Shown here in pieces: positions 38,472 to 47,366 of a stretch of DNA of 64,000 nt. The position numbers and the translations under genes were made by a program. Positions within the stretch are counted from its first letter, which is position 1; each line of letters begins with the position of its first letter. The stretch is taken from positions 1-64,000 of IMG/VR virus record IMGVR_UViG_3300005573_000857. One strand, given 5' to 3'. The stretch comes from a virus. The notes under the pieces were generated by a model. It did no database searches. It was given only the letters and a program-made list of their open reading frames with translations, and was not told the DNA's origin.

Positions 38472-38654
38472 ATGTATACCTTCTTAATGTGGATGGGAAT
38501 AGTTGCAATAATTGGAGTAGTATTGCTTAAAATATTTACAACTTGTCTGTTCGATGACAGGAATTTAGAAGGGCGTGGTTTTGGTTTGACAATAATAATA
38601 AGTAGCTTGGCTATAGGCTGTTCCCTATTGCTATTGCTACTTGAAGGAGAGTAA
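38472..38654 (+). CDS. Small two-TM membrane protein, paralog 3
   Basis: AGGAG SD; LFDD...GLT..ISSLA.G..LLLL resembles paralogs 1 and 2. Confidence 0.6.
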   Translation: MYTFLMWMGIVAIIGVVLLKIFTTCLFDDRNLEGRGFGLTIIISSLAIGCSLLLLLLEGE

Positions 38655-39019
38655 ACTCACCCACACTTGAGGGGAAAAGAAAGGAGAAAAAATGGAAACA
38701 TCGACGAACAAAGTTAATATGGCAGACTTAGAATGGTTAACTGATTTATTGGAAATCTACGACCATATTGTTAAAGTTATAATGGAACATGATAACAGTT
38801 ATGAGGTTAATTATGAAACCTACGATATCCCTGGCCGAGTAATGTTAAAAGAAGTTCTGCAAGGATTACATAAGGGATTTATAAGGGAAATTCTTTATAA
38901 ATTTCCCCAATTGGAATTGGAGAATAATATGGATATTCGAAGATTGCCATTCCGTGACAGGTCAAAGCCACTTCACTATAAACTCTCCAACACTTGAGGG
39001 CAAAGAAAGGAGAAAAATG
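38652..39019 (+). repeat. ~42-bp imperfect direct repeats flanking ORF 38692..38997
   Basis: TAAACTCACCCACACTTGAGGGGAAAAGAAAGGAGAAAAAATG (38652-38694) vs TAAACTCTCCAACACTTGAGGGCAAAGAAAGGAGAAAAATG (38979-39019). Confidence 0.85.
38692..38997 (+). CDS. Hypothetical protein
   Basis: SD present; AT-rich codon usage. Confidence 0.65.
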   Translation: METSTNKVNMADLEWLTDLLEIYDHIVKVIMEHDNSYEVNYETYDIPGRVMLKEVLQGLHKGFIREILYKFPQLELENNMDIRRLPFRDRSKPLHYKLSNT

Positions 39020-39253
39020 AGTAAAGCTAGAGAATTAAAGAATTTAATTGAACAATCGAAAGATGTCCAATTTAAAGTAGGTGACAAAGTTAGGCTTGTT
39101 AGGAAAGTAGCTTCTATTCCCGCAGGTGCAAAAGGAGTGGTTACTGGGAATGATGTAACTAATCCTGATAGAGTTTCAGTAAGCTTCTTTCGCAGTGATG
39201 ACCCAGTCCCTTATAACACTTACATTTACAAGTCTGACCTTGAAAAATACTAG
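39017..39253 (+). CDS. Small SH3/KOW-like protein
   Basis: FKVGDKVRL.....PAGAKGVV.......VSF. Confidence 0.6.
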   Translation: MSKARELKNLIEQSKDVQFKVGDKVRLVRKVASIPAGAKGVVTGNDVTNPDRVSVSFFRSDDPVPYNTYIYKSDLEKY

Positions 39254-39321
39254 GAAAAGATAATCCTGGGGATGCGTGTAGGGAAAACAAGCATAAGATC
39301 AAATACAGGAGGATATTAGAA

Positions 39322-39573
39322 ATGAGTATTAGAGCAGAAATGAGAGACGCTCAAACCATGAAAATGAAATGGAATGAGCTAAGTGATTCCGAAAAGATCG
39401 AACGTATGCGTGAAGTAGTTAAAGGCATCGAACGAGAAATTTTACGTTTGAGACGTAAAATAGATTTAATGAAAAACCACATTCACTTAGACAATAACTT
39501 AGTAATTAGGTTTAGTGATATAGATTCGTCGGATTGTGCATATGGTGAGTGTGAAAAAGATGTATATTTTTAA
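39322..39573 (+). CDS. Hypothetical coiled-coil protein
   Basis: GGAGG SD. Confidence 0.6.
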   Translation: MSIRAEMRDAQTMKMKWNELSDSEKIERMREVVKGIEREILRLRRKIDLMKNHIHLDNNLVIRFSDIDSSDCAYGECEKDVYF

Positions 39574-39630
39574 CTTGCTACTAGCTTGAGAGACAAAAAA
39601 AAAGTTAAAAAATGAAAGGAAAGTAAATCT

Positions 39631-40056
39631 ATGAGAAGTAGAGAAGAAGTTTTGAGAGCAGTAGAAGAGGGACTATGCAAGTGTTTCGATGGGAGAGACC
39701 GTAAAAGGTTGTTGCTTTTCTTTGAGCCAAAATTATGGGAACATTTTGGATATAAAAAGAAGGAGAACGTTAATGATGCTGAAATAGAAATTTTGCCCTG
39801 GAAAGAAGAGACGATTCTGAATGAATTGAAAAGAGATCTGGCTTTTGCTTTTAAAAAAGCCCTTGGCAAGAGGTTTATGTCAGCATCGCTCATGTACCAG
39901 GTTATAAAGATGTGGTTGTGGATTCTTGAAGATCCTTTGTATCAGTTTAATGAGTATGCAATGTATGGTTTACCACTTTTTAAAAGAGTAGCAGTCAAAT
40001 ATGGTTTCGATAATCCTATTGGTGATGATGAGGGGAACGAGGATAAGTACGTTTAA
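39631..40056 (+). CDS. Hypothetical protein
   Basis: 141-aa ORF with SD. Confidence 0.65.
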   Translation: MRSREEVLRAVEEGLCKCFDGRDRKRLLLFFEPKLWEHFGYKKKENVNDAEIEILPWKEETILNELKRDLAFAFKKALGKRFMSASLMYQVIKMWLWILEDPLYQFNEYAMYGLPLFKRVAVKYGFDNPIGDDEGNEDKYV

Positions 40057-40070
40057 TAAGATGAATAAGT

Positions 40071-40466
40071 ATGCTAGAAAATAAGAGAAAAAGAAGGGGA
40101 AATACAATGGCAACTTGCAATCATGATAGGTGGTTGTATATACCACCAAGCCTGGGAATTGGAGATGGTTACTTTCATATTGACGACAAATGTTTTCTAT
40201 GTGCAGATTGCGGTCAATGGATCCAGTTTGGGTCCATTGACGTAGAGAAAATAGTCAATATAAAGCATCTTCCTCCAGAAAGCTGCCCACACGACATAGA
40301 TTACTTTACCATAGGTCGTTACTACCTTTGTCTAAGGTGCGGCTATAGGTGGATTAGAGAACTGCCGAAGCTCGATATAAAAACGGATTCCTTTAACTGG
40401 GAAGAGTGGGATAAGCAAAGGAGACAAGAAGCTCTAGAAAGATACAAAAATGGAGAGATACTTTAA
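40071..40466 (+). CDS. Double Zn-ribbon hypothetical protein
   Basis: CNH...CADCG and CPH...CLRCG. Confidence 0.6.
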   Translation: MLENKRKRRGNTMATCNHDRWLYIPPSLGIGDGYFHIDDKCFLCADCGQWIQFGSIDVEKIVNIKHLPPESCPHDIDYFTIGRYYLCLRCGYRWIRELPKLDIKTDSFNWEEWDKQRRQEALERYKNGEIL

Positions 40467-40489
40467 AGGAGGCGGAGGTTTAGAGAGAT

Positions 40490-40804
40490 ATGGTAGCAAC
40501 TATGAGAGAAATATCGATGAGCAAAAGATTACTTAACTTTCTTAGTGAGAAAGAATCAGTTGACGAGCAGAGCAGGATTCCATCTGATAGTGAGATAGCT
40601 GCAGACGTTAGTAATATTCTGAAAATGCATAAAGATCCAGCAACAGCTACTGGTAAGTTAATGAACCACTTCGTCACGAAGTACAAATTAAGTCTAGATC
40701 AGTTAAAATCAATAGTTCCTAAGATTAACTTAGCTGCTAAGACTTATGGAATAATGACTAAGACTGAAGAATATGCTTACGACATAGGATCTAGAGAGGT
40801 TTAG
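40490..40804 (+). CDS. Hypothetical protein flanked by GAGGTTTAGA..ATATGGTAGCAACT repeats
   Basis: Repeat copies at ~40475-40501 and ~40796-40827. Confidence 0.6.
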   Translation: MVATMREISMSKRLLNFLSEKESVDEQSRIPSDSEIAADVSNILKMHKDPATATGKLMNHFVTKYKLSLDQLKSIVPKINLAAKTYGIMTKTEEYAYDIGSREV

Positions 40805-40844
40805 AAGTAGAAAATATGGTAGCAACTTTACTGGAGGTGCAAAG

Positions 40845-41096
40845 ATGGATTACGCCCACGACCACGGGCTATTTACTTTCTGCCCTAAGTGTAATGAGAC
40901 TGTATCGTTTTTAGTCTGTCATATAAGAGGATGTGTTTCACTTCGTGAAGAAGACGGAAAGTTGTACTGTAAAATAGAGCGTGCTTTAGAAGAAGCGAAG
41001 CGAGGCAAAACAATTAGTCTTATAGACAATGTTGCGGTCGAGATTAAGGGTGCTCGCAGAAAGAAGGCAACTAAAAAGTTGGAGGATAGTGAATGA
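40845..41096 (+). CDS. Small Zn-binding hypothetical protein
   Basis: CPKC motif; GGAGG SD. Confidence 0.55.
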   Translation: MDYAHDHGLFTFCPKCNETVSFLVCHIRGCVSLREEDGKLYCKIERALEEAKRGKTISLIDNVAVEIKGARRKKATKKLEDSE

Positions 41097-41314
41097 AAAA
41101 TCTAAAGAGAATTGCAGAAAGACAGTTAGTCCAAATTGGCTCATCGTGGTATGACGTCTGCCACATTGGCAGGAAACATGTAACGATAGGTGACAAGTCC
41201 AAACCACTAAACATTCCGAAAACTATGGTCAAGAAGTACAAGACTGAGCTGATAGATTTAGAAGAGAGTGAACGAAAGGGAGGAAGCGTATGCCAAGAAC
41301 TTCAGAAAACTTGA
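41093..41314 (+). CDS. Hypothetical protein
   Basis: ATGA overlap; GGAGG SD. Confidence 0.5.
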   Translation: MKNLKRIAERQLVQIGSSWYDVCHIGRKHVTIGDKSKPLNIPKTMVKKYKTELIDLEESERKGGSVCQELQKT

Positions 41315-41937
41315 AGTTTATGGATGACGACAATCTGCTCGACAATCTTAAACCAATTGTTGTAGAACTATACAGTAGAGTAGAAGACCTCGAAGATATA
41401 GCAGAGACGGCGGACAATAAAATAAAAGAACTTGGTAGTGAGTTGACAAATACAGTTGGAAAATTGCAAGAGCTTAAGTTCTCGCAACTAGAGAAAAGCA
41501 CTCCTAAGAAAAAGATATGGACTATTAGCAGGACTTTTGCTATTCCAGTTGGCCATAGGCTTATGACTCATAAGGGAAAATGCCAGAATCTCCACGGCCA
41601 TAATCTAAAAGTGCGTGTTTGCTTAAGAGCTGAGCAGCTTAACCAGAACTGCATGGTAGTCGATTTTTCTGACTTGAAAAGAATAGCTCTAGAATCGATA
41701 CTAGATAAGCTAGATCACTCACTTCTGCTAAATAGAGAAGATCCGCTACTGCAAGAAAAGAATACTTTAAGTGAAAAGTTTAACATCGTAAAGATAGAAG
41801 GAGAACCTACCGCCGAAACTTTGGCTGAGTTTATATATACTTTACTTAGCCAGAAACTGCCTGCAGGCATACAGATGGATTCGGTTACGGTATGGGAAAA
41901 TGACGAATCCGAAGCAACGTACAAGGAGGTCGTATGA
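41290..41937 (+). CDS. queD: 6-carboxy-tetrahydropterin synthase with N-terminal coiled coil
   Basis: GHRL..H.GKC.NLHGHN, MVVDFSDLK, LDH..L, PTAE.LA, VWE. Confidence 0.9.
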   Translation: MPRTSENLKFMDDDNLLDNLKPIVVELYSRVEDLEDIAETADNKIKELGSELTNTVGKLQELKFSQLEKSTPKKKIWTISRTFAIPVGHRLMTHKGKCQNLHGHNLKVRVCLRAEQLNQNCMVVDFSDLKRIALESILDKLDHSLLLNREDPLLQEKNTLSEKFNIVKIEGEPTAETLAEFIYTLLSQKLPAGIQMDSVTVWENDESEATYKEVV

Positions 41938-42347
41938 AAAATCTTAATTTAGACCAAAAAATGAGAGACAAAATTATTGGTGAACACGACGAAAAATTTA
42001 GAACTTCGAGTTATTTTGGAGGTATAAAACATTTCAAGAATCTCCCAGCTACAGCTGTGAGGTATCTGCTGGTAGTTGGATTAGCGCACCCAGACGAAAG
42101 ACAAAATCTATATGGTCCATCTATTGAGGAATTCGTTGATTTTATGGAGAAGTATCCAGAAGTTCCTTTAACGGCTCATGGTTATGTGGTTTCGAAAGAG
42201 CGCGAAGACTACCGAGTTTCGATAGAAGGACTTCATGCAAAGAGTGAAAACATTCCAGAAGAAGTACAAAAAGAGTTTGCTTTAGCTTTTCGCAAAGCAG
42301 ACGAACTAAAGGTTAGCTCTTCTGAACTATACTGCTGGTACGATTAA
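41934..42347 (+). CDS. Hypothetical protein
   Basis: ATGA overlap with queD. Confidence 0.65.
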   Translation: MKNLNLDQKMRDKIIGEHDEKFRTSSYFGGIKHFKNLPATAVRYLLVVGLAHPDERQNLYGPSIEEFVDFMEKYPEVPLTAHGYVVSKEREDYRVSIEGLHAKSENIPEEVQKEFALAFRKADELKVSSSELYCWYD

Positions 42348-42360
42348 GAAAGGAGCAGTA

Positions 42361-43818
42361 ATGCTAACTTTTAAGAGAACTTCTGGAATAGAGATTCCGA
42401 GGACTTACTTGAAGGAAGATTTTTATACTAAAATTAAGGACTTTCTGAGAAGGAGAGTCAAGTCTTACCAGACCTCAGATTTTTCTGTCTATAATTTCTT
42501 TGTAGAAAACAAAGAAAGTCTTATTGTGCCGAGATTCTTCCCTATGGAAATGTTCCTACCAGACTGTGAAGTACAGGATAGTTTAAGTGATGGCCAAGAT
42601 ATTGACATACAGCACAGTATTCTCTTAAGAGATACTGTGCAGCACGATATGGTTGACTACTTACTGAAAAATGACAGAGGTATAATCCAAGCACCTCCAG
42701 GGTCTGGTAAGACTGTTGTCTGTATTTATGCGATTGCAGAGAGAAAAAAGAAAGCTTTTATTTTAGTCCATAGAAGTTCTTTATGTGACCAGTGGAAGGG
42801 TCCTGGTATTGAAGCTAAGCAAGGGTTCTTGTCATTTACGTCTCTGAGTGAGAAAGACGTAGCAATACTCGACTCTTCGTCTTTCGTTGAAGACTTGAAG
42901 AAACCGATAATCATTTCTACAAACCAAACGTTTGTCTCTCTACTTAAGAGGGAGCCGAGCTTTCCTGACGAATTACGAAAAGCAAACATAGGCATTTTCG
43001 TTGCTGACGAAGTCCACACATCAGTTGGTGCTCCTATCTTTTCGTTGTGCTCTATACATGTCCCAGCAAAAGTTGTTTTTGGATTTAGTGCTACTCCGTA
43101 TCGATGGGATGGAAATGAAGACATTATTCGCTACCACCTTGGTGAAGTCTTCATTCCAAGTGGTACTCGAGAAACAGTAGAAGGAAAAGTTACGTTCTTG
43201 ATGTTCGACTTTGGTATAAGGAAAACTAGCTTACCCTACATATACTGGGGCTGCGAATTTCAGAAAAGTCGATACTTAAACTTGCTGAGGAAAGCTGGAA
43301 GGTTCGTAAGTGTATGTAAGTCGTTACTGAAAAAGTTTTCGGAAGATGGAAGACAAGTTATTTTCGTTGCTGAGAGGATTAAGCTCTTGACTGAGCTCTA
43401 TGACTGGTTAGACCATCCTAATAAGTCGGAGTTCTTTGGTAAAGAAGGGAACGAACGTCTAGAATACCAAGTGACGTTTGCTACGCCCGGCAAAATTAGA
43501 GATGGTGTTGACGCTCCTAAAAAAGATTGCTTGATTCTAACCTCGCCGATAGGGAACATCGAGCAAATGTGTGGTAGAATTGAGCGAGTAGTTGAAGGGA
43601 AGAGGAATGTCATAGTAGTCGATATGGTTGACTTAGGTTTTCAAGAAATTTCAAGGACTATGGTTTACAGGCTAAAGTACTACGAAAAGAAAAAATGGTC
43701 TGTACGCTTCGTTAAATTGTCCGAAAACGGTTATGAGGAAATAACAAAGAAGCAAGCTTTAGAACTCGCTAAAATAGCGACAGAAAGGAGAAAGAATGAA
43801 GTTCATCTTTATAGCTGA
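42361..43818 (+). CDS. SF2 helicase (UvsW-like)
   Basis: APPGSGKT, DEVH, SATP.R.DG, GVD, QMCGRIER. Confidence 0.9.
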   Translation: MLTFKRTSGIEIPRTYLKEDFYTKIKDFLRRRVKSYQTSDFSVYNFFVENKESLIVPRFFPMEMFLPDCEVQDSLSDGQDIDIQHSILLRDTVQHDMVDYLLKNDRGIIQAPPGSGKTVVCIYAIAERKKKAFILVHRSSLCDQWKGPGIEAKQGFLSFTSLSEKDVAILDSSSFVEDLKKPIIISTNQTFVSLLKREPSFPDELRKANIGIFVADEVHTSVGAPIFSLCSIHVPAKVVFGFSATPYRWDGNEDIIRYHLGEVFIPSGTRETVEGKVTFLMFDFGIRKTSLPYIYWGCEFQKSRYLNLLRKAGRFVSVCKSLLKKFSEDGRQVIFVAERIKLLTELYDWLDHPNKSEFFGKEGNERLEYQVTFATPGKIRDGVDAPKKDCLILTSPIGNIEQMCGRIERVVEGKRNVIVVDMVDLGFQEISRTMVYRLKYYEKKKWSVRFVKLSENGYEEITKKQALELAKIATERRKNEVHLYS

Positions 43819-44821
43819 TCTTCATTTGGCGCAGTACGGACCTGTTGTGGAGAATGATTTCCCGGAAAAGTTATACTACATCTTGCAAAGTATGCAGGAA
43901 GTTGTTGATTTCGCTAAAGCCAAGAAAATCCAGACTATTGTAGTTGGTGGAGACATTTTCCACACTAAGAGTATAATTCATTCGTTAGCCCAATCCGCTT
44001 TGCTAGACTTTATTAGAAACAACCGTAGTATAGATTTCGTGGTATTAGATGGAAACCACGACATGTCTTCGAAGTCTGCTAAAGCTAGTGTTTCCAGTTT
44101 GAAGTGTTTAGACTCAGAACCTAATGTACATACTATCCACGAACCGGAGCAAAGTGCAGATATTTACTTTCTTCCTTGGATCCATGTCTCGAAAGAGTTA
44201 CTTTCAAATGTGCAGTCGAAGTTTCTTATCTCACACTTTGGGGTGAACGAAGCAAAATTGTCTTCTGGTATTTCTATAGTTTCCGACGTCGGGTTAAAAG
44301 ACTTGGCAAATTTCCGTTATGTACTTCTGGGTCATTACCATAAACCGCAGGAGATCATGTCTAGCAGTTTGTCTCTATACTACGTTGGTTCTCTAATCCA
44401 GTTAGATTGGTCTGAGAAGCATGAAGAAAAACGTTTTCTAGTTGTAGATACTGAGCTAGAGAGTATCGAGAGTTTCCCGACCACTCGGTATAGGAAGTAC
44501 GTAGAGTTACTAGTAACTAAAGAGACTAAACGAGAAGTAATCGAAAGAGCTAAGGCTCTTCTTGAAGAAGGACACCACGTTCGGATAATGACTGATGATT
44601 CGACACTAATGCCAGAAGTAAGTGAGGAAGTCGGTCAAGAGGCTAGTGTTATCCTGAGAGACGAGTCAGATTCGAAGATAACTAATAGAGGAATCTCGTC
44701 TTCTATGAGTATGAAAGATAAACTAAATCGCTACCTTGACTTAAAGAACATTACTCAAGATCGAGAGTTCTATGTAAGAAAAGCAATTGAGATAATAGAG
44801 AAGTCAGGAGGAGAAAAGTGA
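43796..44821 (+). CDS. Mre11/SbcD-like nuclease (T4 gp47-like)
   Basis: ADLH, GGDIFH, GNHD, SH, LGHYH. Confidence 0.92.
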   Translation: MKFIFIADLHLAQYGPVVENDFPEKLYYILQSMQEVVDFAKAKKIQTIVVGGDIFHTKSIIHSLAQSALLDFIRNNRSIDFVVLDGNHDMSSKSAKASVSSLKCLDSEPNVHTIHEPEQSADIYFLPWIHVSKELLSNVQSKFLISHFGVNEAKLSSGISIVSDVGLKDLANFRYVLLGHYHKPQEIMSSSLSLYYVGSLIQLDWSEKHEEKRFLVVDTELESIESFPTTRYRKYVELLVTKETKREVIERAKALLEEGHHVRIMTDDSTLMPEVSEEVGQEASVILRDESDSKITNRGISSSMSMKDKLNRYLDLKNITQDREFYVRKAIEIIEKSGGEK

Positions 44822-47001
44822 AAAGTGTAAGCTTTAAGAGCGTTGGGATGAAGAACTTCTGCTGCTTTAAGGACGAGATATCGCTCGAGTTTAGTGGTGA
44901 AAAGTTAGTTCTAATTACTGGCCCAAATGGCTCTGGAAAAACAACTCTTTTCGATTGCATACCTTTCACGCTTTATGGTTCTACTAGCAAAGGATTAAGA
45001 AGTGACGATGTAGTAAATGTCGAAGTTGGGAAAAACTGCCATACTTGGCTAGAGTTTTCTGTTGACGGTTCTAACTTCCGTATTGATAGGTACTGCAAAC
45101 ATTCGAAAATGGGTAATACTGTTACAGTTGCGAAAGATGGTAGTATTATAAAGAAAGGTCAGACTGAGGTTCTTCCGTTTGTGGAAGAACTGCTTGTTCC
45201 ACAGAAACTTTTCATGAATACTTTACTGTTTTCTCAGAAAGTCAGGACATTCTTTACAGACTTACCAGATTCGGAGCAGAAAGAAATCTTTAGAAAAGTC
45301 TTGCAGCTCGACAACTTCTTGCTTTATTACAATACGTGCAATGCAGAACTGAAACGTATAGAAAATGACCTTCGAACGGTAGAGAAAGATATTGAAGTGA
45401 AAATATCGCTCTTCGAGGAAGCCGTAGGAAATATTACAAGAACTAAGCATGAGAAAGAACAGTTCTACTTGAAGAAAAAAGAGCTCTTAGCTCAGCTTAG
45501 CCAGAAGTTGGTAGAAAAGAAAGCAGAACTTGAGAGTGCGAAAGCTACTTTGGAATCTTTCGAACTAGAGAAGTTGCAAAAAGATCTCGAAGTTTCTACA
45601 GCGAAGATGGCTTCTCTTTCTGCCACTCTTTCGCAACTCAAAACGGAACTCGAAAAAGAGCAGCAAAAGATTATTTACGACAAAAATGAAGCAATGAGTG
45701 AAGTGCGACGAAAGGCGGAGTCAACTCTAAAAAAGAACTTAGAAATAAAGACAGAGAAAGTAAAAGAACTTAGTAAAAAGGCAACAGATAGCGTTAAACC
45801 TCTTACTGAAAGATTTTCTACTTTAGACAAGGAACTCTCTTCTCTTCGGACAGAGATGTCGGTTTCTGGAAGACAAGTACAAGAGTTAGAAGAAAAGATT
45901 GCCGTCTTCGAAGAAGGACTAAAAGGTGACATTCCAGTTTGTGCTGCTTGTAAGCAACCACTAAAGGATGCGACATCTCTTAAAGCTTTTTTGGACAACT
46001 TGAAAAGAGACTACGAACAACTGAAAGCGAAAACGAACTACTTGCCAGAACTGTTTGCACAAAAGAGCAAAGAAAAACAAGAAGTACAAACCGCAATAAG
46101 TGACTTAGAGCGAGCTTATAATGAAGAGTTAGAAGCTCTAGAGAAAGATTACAAGGAGAAAGAAGAAGAAGTTGAATCTAAGCTAAGGAAGACGCTAGAT
46201 GAGTTAGAGGAAGTTGCTAGGCAGAAGCTTGAAACTCTTAGCGAAAGTTTCTCGGAGAAAGAAAGTGAAGTTCTTCGTAACATACAAAACCAAGAGTCAG
46301 AGGAGAAACGACTCCGTAGTGTTCTGCAAGAAGCGAAAATTGTACAGCAGAAAGTTGTGCTACTTGAAAAAGAAGTAGCGATAGCAGAAGAACAGCTTAG
46401 GCAAAAGGAGCAAGAAGAGTTTGACGAAGAGAAGATAACGTATTGGGTAGATATGAAGAAGAATCTAGAAAACTCAATTTGTTCTTTAGAGCAGCGTAAA
46501 GCGGAAGTAGAGAAAGAAAAGAACTGCATAGAGTTTTGGAAAGAAGGGTTCTCTTCCTCTGGTATACCCAGTATGCTAATAGACGAAGCGATACCGTTCA
46601 TGAATAGTAGAATTTCTCAATATTTAGAGAAGATTGGTGGAAGGTACATTGTTTCCTTCGACACCATTGGCGAAACGAAAGCTGGAGAGTTTAGGGATAA
46701 GATTACTGTTAGAGTGCTAGATGTAAAAACGAAAGCAGACTCTAGAAAGAAGTTGTCTGGCGGGCAAACTCGAATTGTAGATATTGCTACTATTTTAACT
46801 CTTAGTGATTTGCAAAGCAAAGTACAAGACATGAAGTTCAACATCATGCTCTTCGACGAAATATTCGATTCCCTAGACGACGAAAATATTTCGTACGTTT
46901 CAAGTTTGCTTAGAACTCTTCTGGAAGGTAAGTCAATCTACATTATTTCGCATAGACATATAGACCAGATAGAGGCAGACGAAGTTCTGCGGTTCTACTA
47001 A
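44818..47001 (+). CDS. Rad50/SbcC-like ATPase (T4 gp46-like)
   Basis: GPNGSGKTT, coiled coil with CAAC Zn hook, LSGGQ, FDEIFDSLD, ISH. Confidence 0.93.
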   Translation: MKSVSFKSVGMKNFCCFKDEISLEFSGEKLVLITGPNGSGKTTLFDCIPFTLYGSTSKGLRSDDVVNVEVGKNCHTWLEFSVDGSNFRIDRYCKHSKMGNTVTVAKDGSIIKKGQTEVLPFVEELLVPQKLFMNTLLFSQKVRTFFTDLPDSEQKEIFRKVLQLDNFLLYYNTCNAELKRIENDLRTVEKDIEVKISLFEEAVGNITRTKHEKEQFYLKKKELLAQLSQKLVEKKAELESAKATLESFELEKLQKDLEVSTAKMASLSATLSQLKTELEKEQQKIIYDKNEAMSEVRRKAESTLKKNLEIKTEKVKELSKKATDSVKPLTERFSTLDKELSSLRTEMSVSGRQVQELEEKIAVFEEGLKGDIPVCAACKQPLKDATSLKAFLDNLKRDYEQLKAKTNYLPELFAQKSKEKQEVQTAISDLERAYNEELEALEKDYKEKEEEVESKLRKTLDELEEVARQKLETLSESFSEKESEVLRNIQNQESEEKRLRSVLQEAKIVQQKVVLLEKEVAIAEEQLRQKEQEEFDEEKITYWVDMKKNLENSICSLEQRKAEVEKEKNCIEFWKEGFSSSGIPSMLIDEAIPFMNSRISQYLEKIGGRYIVSFDTIGETKAGEFRDKITVRVLDVKTKADSRKKLSGGQTRIVDIATILTLSDLQSKVQDMKFNIMLFDEIFDSLDDENISYVSSLLRTLLEGKSIYIISHRHIDQIEADEVLRFY

Positions 47002-47016
47002 GGGAGGTTGGAATAG

Positions 47017-47352
47017 ATGAAACTTAGGAGAGGTTTTGTAACCAATAGCAGTAGTACTTCGTATGTTGTCTTTGGCTTTAAGTTGCCGAAAGAGATCTGG
47101 TTTGAAGACAATGGTCCTTACTTACTTGATAACGAAGAAAAGAAGTCTCTTGGAATTCCTGAGGAACTGCAAGCTTTTTATGACAGCGGTAGGGTTTTAG
47201 TTGGTTCGTGTTTCAAAGAATATGATTCAGAAATAGAAGTTAGTGCAAAAGATCTCTTAGCGAAGACAGAAACAATAAAAGAGTGTGCTGCTAAGTTTGG
47301 TGTAGACCTAAAAGAAGTTCTCTTGTTTGCTAAATTCCACTACGACGGTTGA
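47017..47352 (+). CDS. 'MKxRxGFVxNSSS' motif protein
   Basis: N-terminus MKLRRGFVTNSSSTSYVV; ends ..HYDG. Confidence 0.7.
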   Translation: MKLRRGFVTNSSSTSYVVFGFKLPKEIWFEDNGPYLLDNEEKKSLGIPEELQAFYDSGRVLVGSCFKEYDSEIEVSAKDLLAKTETIKECAAKFGVDLKEVLLFAKFHYDG

Positions 47353-47366
47353 AGAGGAAGAAACTA

